Assembly: GCF_964213995.1 (NCBI RefSeq)
Contig: NW_027590365.1
Coordinates: forward strand, 186,001-250,000
Source of the DNA: Mustelus asterias
Lineage: Eukaryota
Reading direction: 5' to 3'
DNA length: 64,000 nt
Shown: positions 1 to 11,112 of the stretch, piece by piece
How positions within the stretch are numbered: the first letter of the stretch is position 1
Layout: each line of letters starts with the position of its first letter
The notes under the pieces: generated by a model
What the model was told of the DNA's origin: nothing
Database searches by the model: none
Seen by the model: only the letters and a program-made list of their open reading frames with translations
Program-made: the position numbers and the translations under genes

Positions 1-137
1 AATGTTTGTTGGGCCTCTTGTCTCCCTTAATGTCAGATTACCTGCAGTTAAAATGACCTCAGAGACACTGAAACCGACCTTTGTGATTATTATACCAGAC
101 TCCAATCAGCCCCAGGAGCTGCAGTTGTAAAATACAG

Positions 138-351
138 TAAGAGTTTTAACAACACCAGGTTAAAGTCCAACAGGTTTATTTGGTAGCAAATACCATTATC
201 TTTCGGAGTGCTGCTCCTTCGTCAGCGCTCCGAAAGCTAATGGTATTTGCTACCAAATAAACCTGTTGGACTTTAACCTGGTGTTGTTAAAACTCTTATT
301 GTGTTCACCCCAGTCCAACGCCAGCATCTCCACATCATGACAACCATCGAC
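138..351. mobile_element. Penelope-like element terminal (pLTR) fold-back insertion
   Basis: Near-perfect inverted repeat taagagttttaacaacaccagg...cctggtgttgttaaaactctta (138-298); TSD gttgtaaaatacag at 124-137 and 352-365; same terminus follows the GIY-YIG fragment at 28.6 kb. Confidence 0.8.
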
Positions 352-603
352 GTTGTAAAATACAGCAGAATTGGAATAACAGACAGGTTATTGTTTGATA
401 CTGACAGTGGCAGAGTAACACACACCGGAATCTAAATACATTATATCAATAGACCATGACTCACTCACACTATCAAATGAAACCTAAACTTTGGTTATGG
501 TGCACTAGATACTGACTGTATTACCATTACATTGGATCTAATGCTGTGTTCGCTAACATACTGCAACGTGACTCTTATTATTTGAACAAACATTGTATTT
601 GTT

Positions 604-1218
604 GCACTCAGAGTAAGTCAGTGCTTTGCTGTGTTGTCTCTGTGCCCCATCTCCACTCTGATTGTATTGGAGTCTGTGTGTGTCATTGTTACACTCAGAG
701 TAAGTCAGTGCTTTGCTGTGTTGTCTCTGTGCTCCATCCCCACTCTGATTGTATTGGAGCCTGTGTGTGTCATTGTTACACTCAGAGTAAGTCAGTGCTT
801 TGCTGTGTTGTCTCTGTGCTCCATCCCCACTCTGATTGTATTGGAGCCTGTGTGTGTCACTGTTACACTCAGAGTAAGTCAGTGCTTTGCTGTGTTGTCT
901 CTGTGCTCCATCCCCACTCTGATTGTATTGGAGCCTGTGTGTGTCACTGTTACACTCAGAGTAAGTCAGTGCTTTGCTGTGTTGTCTCTGTGCTCCACCC
1001 CCACTCTGATTGTATTGGAGCCTGTGTGTGTCATTGTTACACTCAGAGTAAGTCAGTGCTTTGCTGTGTTGTCTCTGTGCTCCATCCCCACTCTGATTGT
1101 ATTGGAGCCTGTGTGTGTCATTGTTACACTCAGAGTAAGTCAGTGCTTTGCTGTGTTGTCTCTGTGCTCCACCCCCACTCTGATTGTATTGGAGCCTGTG
1201 TGTGTCATTGTTACACTG
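604..1218. repeat. 87-bp minisatellite, about 7 copies
   Basis: ctcagagtaag recurs at 607, 694, 781, 868, 955, 1042 and 1129. Confidence 0.95.
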
Positions 1219-1261
1219 AGACTCTGTCACTGTGATTATTGGACAAGCAGCAAGTCACCGT

Positions 1262-1640
1262 CACAATGCCCGGCTGATTGACGGCAACGCGGGCCAATGG
1301 GAAGAGGGGGCAGTGCAACCAATAGGAGCGAACGAGGGGCGGGGCCAACTTTAACTCGAGCATGCGCAGTGTGAGTAATGGCGATGGAAAACGGCTTTTG
1401 TTTTGGGCTCGGAAATCTGTTCGAGGTGATTGGCGGTACGGAGAGAGCAATGGATCGCCCAGGTGGGTGGAAACGCTACGTAAGCATGTTGTGTAAGCCG
1501 CAAACCGCGGAAGAGAGCTTCCCGGACCCAGTTTGTACCGAGCGGGGCTGCAGCTCCTCGTGTTCGTCCCGGGTTAACGTTCGCCATCTTTATTGGGGGC
1601 AATATGGAGCAGTGCGCACTTGCGGCCGCCATGTTTGTAG
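1262..1640. promoter_or_regulatory. CpG-rich promoter (CCAAT boxes, GC box, NRF1-like and YY1-like motifs)
   Basis: ggccaatg, accaatag, gggggcgggg, gcatgcgca, cgccatctt and gccgccatgttt in CpG-rich sequence within CpG-poor surroundings. Confidence 0.65.
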
Positions 1641-1828
1641 AGGGCAATGTTGTCAATGAGTGGGAGGCGCTTGTTCCCCAGTGTTCAGAATGGAGACAAC
1701 TTGTCCATCAAACTGCATCAACCCTCTGAGTCCCAATGTCTTATTGATGAGACAGAGCGGTGACAGAGAAGGAAAAAGAAAGGGAAATAAAAACAGAAAA
1801 TGCTGGAAAATCTCTGCAGATCTGACAG

Positions 1829-2215
1829 CATAGAACATAGAACATTACAGCGCAGTACAGGCCCTTCAGCCCTCAATGTTGCGCCGACCTGTGAAACCAA
1901 TCCAAAGCCCCTCTCATCTACACTATTCCAATACCATCCATATGTTTATCCCCAATGACCATTTAAATGCCCTTAATGTTGGTGAGTCCACTACTGCTGT
2001 AGGCAGGGCATTCCACGCCCTTACTACTCTCTGAGTGAAGAACCTACCTCTGACATCTGTCCTATATCTATCACCCCTCAATTTAAAGCTATGTCCCCTC
2101 GTGCTAGCTATCACCATCCGAGGAAAAAGGCTCTCACTGTCCACCCTATCTAATCCTCTGATCATCTTGTACGCCTCTATTAAGTCACCTCTTAACCTTC
2201 TTCTCTCTAACGAAA
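1829..2215 (-). mobile_element. CR1 LINE 3' fragment
   Basis: FSLERRRLRGDLIEAYK...FFTQRVVRAWNALP; (catagaa)n tail. Confidence 0.85.
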
Positions 2216-2305
2216 AATTACACTGTAGATAAGTAAGCCCCACCAACTTTCCCAGAAGACTAAGGAAATTTGGCATGTCCGCTACGACTCTCACCAACCT
2301 TTACG

Positions 2306-3038
2306 GCTCCCGGGTCAAGGTCAGGGTAGGAGGATAAACATTCTCTCCACCTCTGTGTCTTTTTCTACCGCGCGGAGGCGTTTCCTGTGCGGGCTGCTGC
2401 TGCACACCTTCCACTGCCGCCTCCTCGCCTGTCGCGCAGATACACCTTGGCGGGCCTTGTTTCCGTAGAGGTCCCTCTATGGAGGGATTGCCCCAATTAC
2501 ATCGGGGACCTGGGGTGAAGGGTGATGCATGCAGCAGTTCCGCACAACCGTAGGATTCACTGGTTCACGGGCTATGAAGCTTGCCCCTTCTGTGGCCTTG
2601 TGGAGTCCGTGGACCATGTCTATGTTTTGTGTCTTAGGTTGCACTCTCTTTTTGTTGGGGTCGGGATGGCGACCTCCTCGTGAACCTGCTCCTGGGATTG
2701 GCGAAATGCGCCATTTACATGTCCAGGCACCGGGCGATCGAGGGGGCCGTCCATCCTGACTGTCTTCCCCTCTACCGCAGCTACGTTCGCGGCTGGGTGT
2801 CCCTGGAGAGGGAGCATGCGGTGTCCACGGGCGCGGTTGACGCCTTCCGTGCCCGTTGGGCACTGCATGGGTTGGGGTGCATTATTGACCCTAATAATCA
2901 CATTTTAATTTGATGTTTTTAAGTTTCCTTTGTACTTTGATTTCTGTTCAGGCTGTTCCTCCTCCTTTTGGGGAGCTGCCCCTTTTACTTTGTCCTGATT
3001 TAACTTGAGTTTGTTTATTTGTTTTGACCTAAAAGAGG
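2306..3038 (+). mobile_element. Tx1/L1-clade LINE 3' fragment (ORF2 C-terminus and 3' UTR)
   Basis: CPFCG..ESVDHVY knuckle, LLLGLAKCAIY...DAFRARWA; ends cctaaaagagg immediately before caacatct|gtgagt. Confidence 0.65.
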
Positions 3039-3209
3039 GCAACATCTGTGAGTAAAACACTTTCTTTTCTCCCCCTTTCCATTTCTTTTCTCATTCTGGG
3101 GGAAATTGGGGACTTGCAACAACTGAAGGGAAAGGAAGTGAATCCAGGGAGGCTGCAGACTCTGGAAAGGTTGGCCCAGGTCTCCCTCTCTCTCTCTCTG
3201 GAAGACATT

Positions 3210-3685
3210 GATATAGAAACATAGAAGATAGGAGGAGGCCATTTGGCCCTTTGAGCCTGCTCCGCCATTCATTACGATCATGGCTGATCATCCAACTGAG
3301 TAGCCTAATCCTGCTTTTTCCCCATAACCTGTGATCCCATTCGCCCCAAGTGCTATATCCAGCCGCCTCTTGAATACATTCAATGTTTTGGCACCAACTA
3401 CTTCCTGTGGTAATAAATTCCACAGGGTGACCACTCTTTGGGTGAAGAAATGTCTCCTCACCTCCGTCCTAAATGGTCTACCCTGAATCCTCAGACTGTG
3501 ACCCCCGGTTCTGGACTCCATCAGGAACATCCTCCCTGCATCTATCCTGTCTCGACCTGTTAGAATTTTATAAGTCTCTATGAGATACCCCCTCATTCAT
3601 CTGAACTCCAATGAAAACAATCCTAACCTCGTCAATCTCTCCTCATACATCAGTTCCGTGATTCCCTGAATCAGCCTGGTGAACA
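3210..3685 (-). mobile_element. CR1 LINE 3' fragment; inverted paralog at about 34600-35080
   Basis: RGYLIETYKIL...FFTQRVVTLWN. Confidence 0.8.
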
Positions 3686-5362
3686 TCCTTTGCTCCCTCA
3701 GTTTGACACATTTATTTGTCTGTCTAAAAGGATGGTCTTTTTCCTCATGTTCACATTAAAGGGCAGCTTTCCCCAGGGGATGGATGGCATTTAAGGGGAC
3801 AGTATGTTAATATAGGACGGAGATATGTCTAGTTTTGTTATAAGGTACCCAGATTAGATACATTATTTATGTTTCTGTAATAAAATACATTAATTATTAT
3901 TTCTTGCATTACAATATAATGCTGTAGCGATGTTATACATTTCCAGTCATAAAGTCATTACAGCACAGAAGGAATCCATTCGGTAACTCGAGTCCATGCT
4001 GACTCCCTGTATAACATTCCAGTCCCATTCCCCCTCTATATCCCCATTCTCCTGAAAGTTTATTTCCTTCAAGTGCCCATCCACTTTCATTTTTAAATAG
4101 AATCCATAGATATGGATGGAGATTTACAACTTTTTGGGAATGAAGTAGGAAAGAATGTTCCATAGAAACTAGAATTGTCTGCTCTGAATTTCTATCCTGT
4201 ACTGACTGTGATGACTTTTGCAAACTCATTTCACAGGATTTTGAACGAGGAATCACAGGCAAAACTCTCAACCGTCACATCTAGACAGAGTCATATTCCT
4301 TGGGATCTGAATATCTTGTAATATGGAACTGTAGCTACGTTATAGATTTCCAGACATCTCTTCCCTCAGAGGGTTGTTAGTCTTTCGGATTTCTCTTCCA
4401 CAGGGACCAGTGGAGGCTGAGGATCATTGAATATATTCCAGTTAGACAGATCTTTGACTGACAAGGGTGTCAAGAGTTATGGGGAACAGACAAGAAGATG
4501 GAGCAAAAGCTAATACGTGGGGGGATTTCTTCACTCAAGGATGTGGTAAAGATTTGGAATTCTCAACCCCTGAGGACAGTGAAGCCTCAGTCATCAACTA
4601 TTTTCAAGAGAGAGATTGATTGGTTTCTAGATATTGAGGATATCAAGGGATATGGGTTTAGTGTGGGGAGAATGATGCTGAGGTAGATGAACGAATTATC
4701 TCACTGAATAGTTTAAAAGGCTCGATGGGCCAAATGGCCGACTGCAGCTCCTATTTGTTCTGGTCTCTGTGTCCAGGACAGGAAGCAGTGAGCATGGATC
4801 TGTCAATCAGCCTCAATCAGCACCTTCAGGAGAATTGGGAGGGTGAATATTCGATACAGCAGAGTGAGAATGGAGGGAGAGTGTGTGGGATGGAGACTTA
4901 CAGCTTTTTGGGGAATGAGAGAGGAAAGAATGTTCCATAGAAACTAGAATTGTCTGTTCTGAATTTCTATCCTGTACTGACACTGATGACTTTTGTAAAC
5001 TCGTTTTATAGGATATTGAAAGAGGAATCACAGGCCGAAATCTCAAACATCACGTCGAGATCTGACAGAGTCATATTCCTTGGGAGCTGAATATCATCGG
5101 ACTTTGAATCTAGAAGGAGAAATGATTGTCCAGTCTGTTGATTTGAAAAGATTTCAAACATCAGTGTGACTGGAAAAGCAGCAACACACTGCCACACTTG
5201 AGTGAGAGTGTTCCAGTGCACTGACTAAAGAGCTTTAACCAGTTACACAGTCTGAATAAATATCACACCATTCACAGCGGGGAGAGACTGTACCCGTGTT
5301 CTGTGTGTGGACGAGGCTTCAACTGATTGTCCACCAAAGAGAGCAGCAAGGACACCTGCACC

Positions 5363-6709
5363 ATGGAGAAACCGTCGAAATGTGGGGACTGTGGGAGGAG
5401 GTACAGATCCCCATCTCTGCTGGAAGCTCATCGGCGCAGCCACATTGGGGAGAGGCCATTTACCTGCTCTCAGTGTGGGAAGGGATTCACTCGGTCATTC
5501 AACCTGCAGTCACATCAGCGAGTTCACACTGGGGAGAGACCATTCACATGCTCTCAGTGTGGGAAGGGATTCACTCACTCATCCCACCTGCGGAGACACC
5601 AGCGAGTTCACACTGGGGAGAGGCCATTCACCTGCTCTCAGTGTGGGAAGGGATTCACTCAGTCATCCCACCTACAGATACACCAGCGAGTTCACACTGG
5701 GGAGAGGCCATTCACCTGCTCACAATGTGGGGAGGGATTCACTCAGTCATCCCAGCTGCAGATACATCAGCGAGTTCACACTGGGGAGAGGCCATTCACC
5801 TGCTCTCAGTGTGGGAAGGGATTCACTCAGTCATCCAGCCTGCAGACACACCAGCGAGTTCACACTGGGGAGAGACCGTTCACCTGCTCTCAGTGTGGGA
5901 AGGGATTTACCCGATTATCCAACCTGCGGACACACCAGCGAGTTCACACTGGGGAGAGGCCATTCACCTGCTCTCAGTGTGGGAAGGGTTTCACTCAGTC
6001 ATTCAACCTGCGGGCACACCAGCGAGTTCACACTGGAGAGAGGCCATTCACCTGCTCTCAGTGTGGGAAGGGATTCACTCTGTCATCCCACCTGCGGAGA
6101 CACCAGCGAGTTCACACTGGGGAGAGGCCATTCACCTGCTCTCAGTGTGGGAAGGGATTCACTCAGTCATCCCACCTGCAGATACACCAGCAAGTTCACA
6201 CTGGGGAGAGACCATTCACCTGCTCTCAATGTGGGGAGGGATTCACTCAGTCATCCCAGCTGCAGATACATCAGCGAGTTCACACTGGGGAGAGGCCATT
6301 CACCTGCTCTCAGTGTGGGAAGGGATTCATTCAGTCATCCAGCCTGCTGACACACCAGCGAGTTCACACTGGGGAGAGACCGTTCACCTGCCCTCAGTGT
6401 GGGAAGGGATTTACTCGATTATCCAGCCTGCAGATACACCAACGAGTTCACACTGGGGAGAGGCCATTCACCTGCTGTCAGTGTGGGAAGGGATTCTGTG
6501 ATTCATCCAGGCTGCTGAGGCACCAGCGAGTTCACACTGGGGAGAGACCGTTCACCTGCTCTCTGTGTGGGAAGGGATTCACTCGGTCCTCCCACCTGCG
6601 GATACACCAGCGAGTTCATACTTGGGAGAGACCATTCAGCTGCTCTGTGTGTGAGAAAAGATTCAGTCTTTCATCCCACCTGCTGAGACACCAACAAGTT
6701 CACGAGTGA
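5363..6709 (+). CDS. ZNF-A: C2H2 zinc-finger-only protein, 16 fingers (448 aa)
   Basis: Open 28-aa CxxC..HxxxH repeats with TGERP linkers; accATGg start; acceptor ttttatag|g at 5011. Confidence 0.88.
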   Translation: MEKPSKCGDCGRRYRSPSLLEAHRRSHIGERPFTCSQCGKGFTRSFNLQSHQRVHTGERPFTCSQCGKGFTHSSHLRRHQRVHTGERPFTCSQCGKGFTQSSHLQIHQRVHTGERPFTCSQCGEGFTQSSQLQIHQRVHTGERPFTCSQCGKGFTQSSSLQTHQRVHTGERPFTCSQCGKGFTRLSNLRTHQRVHTGERPFTCSQCGKGFTQSFNLRAHQRVHTGERPFTCSQCGKGFTLSSHLRRHQRVHTGERPFTCSQCGKGFTQSSHLQIHQQVHTGERPFTCSQCGEGFTQSSQLQIHQRVHTGERPFTCSQCGKGFIQSSSLLTHQRVHTGERPFTCPQCGKGFTRLSSLQIHQRVHTGERPFTCCQCGKGFCDSSRLLRHQRVHTGERPFTCSLCGKGFTRSSHLRIHQRVHTWERPFSCSVCEKRFSLSSHLLRHQQVHE

Positions 6710-7737
6710 TTCCAGGGTTTGGATTCTGCTGTTATTGTTTCTGCTCTCAATTACACCCAGGACTGCATTTTGTTCATTCTCACAGTTGGTCAATGGGGAG
6801 GGTCGGAGGGTTTCTTTCTGCTGGACTGGCCGGTCTCATGACTTTGCCTCCAGTGGGCTGATGCTCTTTGAGTCTTGTTGCGAATACCCGGTTTCAAATT
6901 TCACACGGATCACAGAGTGACAGGATGTTGGGAAGTTAAGAGTCGCTATTTTTGTTTGAAACTCCCCCAAATGCCCATCCAATTTCCTTTGTAATTGTTT
7001 ATTGTCTCCACTTCCTCCACCCTCGTAGGCAGCGAGTTCCAGGTCATTACCATTCGCTGCATCAAAATATTCTTCCTCACATCCCCCCTTCCTCTCTGAC
7101 CCAAAACCATAAATCTGTGTCCCCCTCGTCCTTGTCCCATCAGCGAATGGGAACAGCTTTTCTTTGTCCACCTTATCTAAACCTGTCAGAATCTTGTCCA
7201 CCTCTATCAAATCTCCCTTCAACGTACTTTGCTCCAAGGGGAACAACCCCAGCCTGACATCGACAATAAAGAACAAACTAACAGAATATGTTCGTACCTG
7301 AAATCACATGGGAATGTTTTAAAGATATTGTGAATATATTGTCCTGGACAATAAGGGAATTGGAATAACTCACCTTGGGTGTGGTTGAATGGAATATATC
7401 AATCTGATATCCACCTACAGTCTCGTGAAAGTCTGGAATGTGTAGCTGGAAATCCCTCCCTAACCGCACTGTGGGTGTACTAACACCTCAGGCATTGTAG
7501 CAGTTCAGGAAGGCAGTGTTGGGGTTGACCATGTCCGAGGCAGCTACATACAGCCACATATTCTGTTATAATTGAAGGACAGCAGATTGAATGTGAGGCA
7601 TTGTGGGACTGGACTATCTTAACCACATTCCTGTGACTGCTCAGTTTCTGCAATCACAGAACATTAAAGCTGCTCAGCAGGGCCCCAACAGAGGACCTGG
7701 TGAGAATATTTACTCAGAATGAGTTAGAATTAAACTG

Positions 7738-8050
7738 GGGCGGCACAGTGGTCAGCACTGCTGCCTCACAGCGCCAGGAACCCGGGTTCGATTCCCAGCT
7801 TGGGTCACTGTCTGTGTGGAGTTTGCACATTCTCCCCGTGTCTGTGTAGGTTTCCTCCGGGTGCTCCGGTTTCCTCCCACAGTACAAAGAAATGCGGGTT
7901 AGGTGGATTGGCCATGCTAAATTGCCCCTTAGTGTCAGGGGGACTAGCTAGGGTAAATGAATGGGGTTATGGGGATAGGGTTGGTGGGATTGTGGTTGGT
8001 GCAGACTTGATGGGCCGAATGGCCTCCTTCTGCACTGTAGAGATTCTATG
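7738..8050 (+). mobile_element. tRNA-derived V-SINE (HE1-like) with CR1-type tail
   Basis: A/B boxes (ggcacagtgg...gggttcgattccc), core ggagtttgcacattctccccgtgtctg, tail gggccgaatggcctcc. Confidence 0.85.
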
Positions 8051-8411
8051 AGATTATTGCGGGACCAGCTGGTGTTCAGCAGCTGAGATCCTGGAATCTG
8101 TAAAAAAGGGGCTGACTAATCAATAAACAGTGATAGGTAGCTAAGAAGTGAAGCGTTTTCAGGCATGTTTATATTATTTTATCATAAATTTGTGATAAGA
8201 ACTGTGAGGGACTTGTGACCGGTAGTCGGTGAAGTGACGGTATACTCCAAGTAGCACTGGACTGAAAAATGGACCTCTAAGAGTGGATTCTAATGGTTAT
8301 AATCCAACCCAAGCATGGCCAGTGACAAATCAGAGCTCGAGTGGGCACCAGACAGATTTCTTACCTGTGTTTTGGAAACTAAGAACAAGAAACTTACCGA
8401 TAAAATGATTT

Positions 8412-8560
8412 GAGAATAGAGCCAACATTTTGAGACTGGATGACACTTCATAGGAGCTCTCATGAAGGGTCATCCAGACTTGAAACGTTGGCTCTATTCT
8501 CTCCCTACAGATGCTGTCAGATCTGCTGGGATTTTCCAGCATTTTCTGTTTTTGTTTTAC
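8412..8560. mobile_element. Second Penelope-like fold-back family; paralogs at about 40420-40580 and 63515-63680, related copy at 19003-19150
   Basis: Imperfect palindrome gagaatagagccaac...gttggctctattctc centred on degenerate (c)tgatgaagggtc..gactcgaaacgtt. Confidence 0.55.
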
Positions 8561-8920
8561 TTTTATAACAAATGATTCGGTCTGATTGGAATCCCCACGA
8601 TCCTCCTGCAAAACAGAGAGAAAGTGGTGATAAAAGGAGAAAAAGGAAATGGATGATAGAGTCTGGGTTCTGATTCTCCGAGCCCATGTAGAATTAACAA
8701 AATGAGTGAACCAGTTTATAAAGAACAGAAATTACCCATCCCTAACAAAAACTGATCAAATTAAAATAGGTTGAGAATATAACAAAAAAATTAATAGATG
8801 AAGTTTAAAATCAAGTTTCTTTTGTTGTTAGAGAGGGGATTTTTCACAGTAACTTCATTGCAGTGTTAATGTAAGCTTACTTGAGACTAATTATAAACTT
8901 TAAGTTTTTTAAAGTTATTT

Positions 8921-9721
8921 TGTTAGAGGGGTTCAGAATACCTTGAGATTAAAAACTAATAAAGGCTATTGAAACAGGGTGGACTGACTTAGACTAACGT
9001 AGAATAAGGATCACAATGTGCCTTATTTATATTATACAAAGGTACTGTCTGCATAGAGACACATATAACCACTGGTAGAGAATTTAAACATGTATTTCAG
9101 ATTTAAATATGTACTTTTTGTACTGAAATGTATACCTTGGCCAAACTGCAGACTGCCCTAAAGCATAATGGGATAAAAGCTGAGTGAGACAGTCCACGTT
9201 CTGTCAGAACAGTGAACAGTGAAGCCACAGAGCACAGTTTTTATCAGTATGAGTTATAAGGGATGGCTCAGCAGACAGTGGAAAGGAACTTTTGAACCCT
9301 ATAACCTTTGTAATAGAAGTTGCTGAGAGTCAGTTAGAAAGCAACCTTTGAACCCTATGGACCTACGTAAGTGAAAGTTGCAAAGTAACAGTGGGCAGGA
9401 ACTTCCAGATTCTGCAGACCAATGAATTCCCATTCTTCCAGAAGATCGGATGTTATTGGCCAAGGTAAATATTGTGCACGAACATGATTGGAGCATCCAG
9501 TTAGGATGACAGAGTGGGTGGGTGAAATGAACTTTCAAAATAGTATAACTACACGGCCAATGTATTGTAACTTTAGAAAGGAGTTGGACTGCCCAGCTGC
9601 CTTTCTCCCAGCGCGTGTTGGTCAATAAAGAATGTCTTTAACCAGTATACTGTCTTTTGCAAATCTTTGTATTAACTGGGTTCAGCTCAATACTTCGCCT
9701 CTGAGAAAAACCCCCATCACA
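8921..9721 (+). mobile_element. Possible solo LTR or other insertion in the shared 3' flank
   Basis: About 800 bp absent from the paralogous flanks at 40870 and 63975; TG...CA ends; aataaa near the 3' end; no clear TSD. Confidence 0.35.
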
Positions 9722-10139
9722 TGTAAAGTGAAGTAATTGTGTGCCAAGTTTTTTCTGTTCACTCCCGACCCCTTTAGGTTCTGTAGAAAAGTTAACCCTT
9801 TCAGCAGACAGTTCATTTCTTTGTAAATCACCTGGAAACTCATGTGTCTATTTTAGTTTTTGATTGAGGATTTATGGGAACCAGTTAAATGTGGAAATTT
9901 TAAGCGGAGCCTGGAGGAATTTGGAAGAACTGTGAGAATTTTATATTGTTGTCACCTCGACCCCAGATAAAGAACAAAGATTTTGCAGCTGGCAACATGT
10001 TTGGGATTTTAAATCAACAAAGACTAGATGTTTCCTATAAAATCAGGCCTTGGAAGTTGGCTAAAAAAAGGTTAAGTTACAATGAAGGGGAATGAAGGAT
10101 CTTGTGTCTTATTTTAATCAAGGAGTTGTGAGCTTAGAC

Positions 10140-11112
10140 CATAAGACATAGGAGCAGAAATAGGCCACCAGACCCATCGAGTCTTCTCCGCTATTCAATC
10201 ATGGCTGATATTTTTCTCATCCCCATTCTCCTACCTTTTCCCCATAACCCCTGAATAATCCCCTTAATAATCAAGAACCTATCTATCTCTGTCTTACAGA
10301 CACTCAATGAACTGACCTCCACAGCCTTCTGCGGCAAAGAGTTCCACAGATTCACCACTCTCTGGCTGAAGAAATTCCTCCTCATCTCTGTTTTAAAGGA
10401 TCATCCCTTTAGCCTGAGGTTGTACCCTCTGGTTCTAGTTTTTCCTACCAGTGGAAACATCCTCTCCACGTCCACTCTATCCAGGCCTCGCAGTATCCTG
10501 TAAGTTTTAATAAGTACCCCCTCATCCTTCTAAACTCCAATGAGTACAGGCCCACAGCCCTCAACCGTTCCTCATACGACCAGCTCTTCATTCCAGGGAT
10601 CATTCTTGTGAACCTTCTCCGGACCCTTTCTAAGACCAGAATATCCTTCCTTAGATGTGCGGCCCAAAACTGCTCCGAATACTCCAAATGTGTCTGACCA
10701 GAGCCTCATACTGTCTCAGGCGTACATCCCTGCTGTTGTATTCTAGCCCTCTTGACATGAATGATAACATTGCATTTGCCTTCCTAACTGCCAACTAAAC
10801 CTGCACATTAGCCTTAAGAGAATCTTGATCAATGACTCCCAAGTCCCTTTGTGCTTCTGATTTCCAAAGCATTTCCCCATTTAGGAAATAGTCTATGCCT
10901 CCATTCCTCCTACCCAAGTGCATAATCTCACACTTTTCCACATTGTACTCCATCTGCCACTTCTTTGCCCACTCTCCTGGCCCATCAAAGTCCTTCTGCA
11001 GCCCCCCTGCTCCTTCAATACTACCTGTCCCTCTACATATCTTTGTATCATCTGCAAACTTAGCAACAGTGCCTTCAGTTCCATCTTCCAAATCATTAAT
11101 GTATATTGTGAA
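10140..11112 (-). mobile_element. 5'-truncated CR1 LINE
   Basis: AKFADDTK RT motif, CR1 C-terminus and (cataaga) tail. Confidence 0.88.

Noticed and set aside
546-1281. Cys-rich repeat ORFs as a metallothionein- or keratin-like gene, or the array as CRISPR
   Set aside because: Units are contiguous with no unique spacers; open frames follow from a stop-free 87-bp unit; period is 87, not the 84 of zinc fingers
2215-2305. Short RRLRKFGMSATTLTNLY-like LINE (Rex1/L2) scrap
   Set aside because: Too short to classify
5363-6709. Assigning a gene symbol such as PRDM9 or a human ZNF number
   Set aside because: No PR/SET, KRAB or SSXRD exons seen; lineage-specific arrays lack supportable orthology
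7738-7800. tRNA genes at the SINE heads
   Set aside because: A/B boxes run straight into the V-SINE core; no complete cloverleaf
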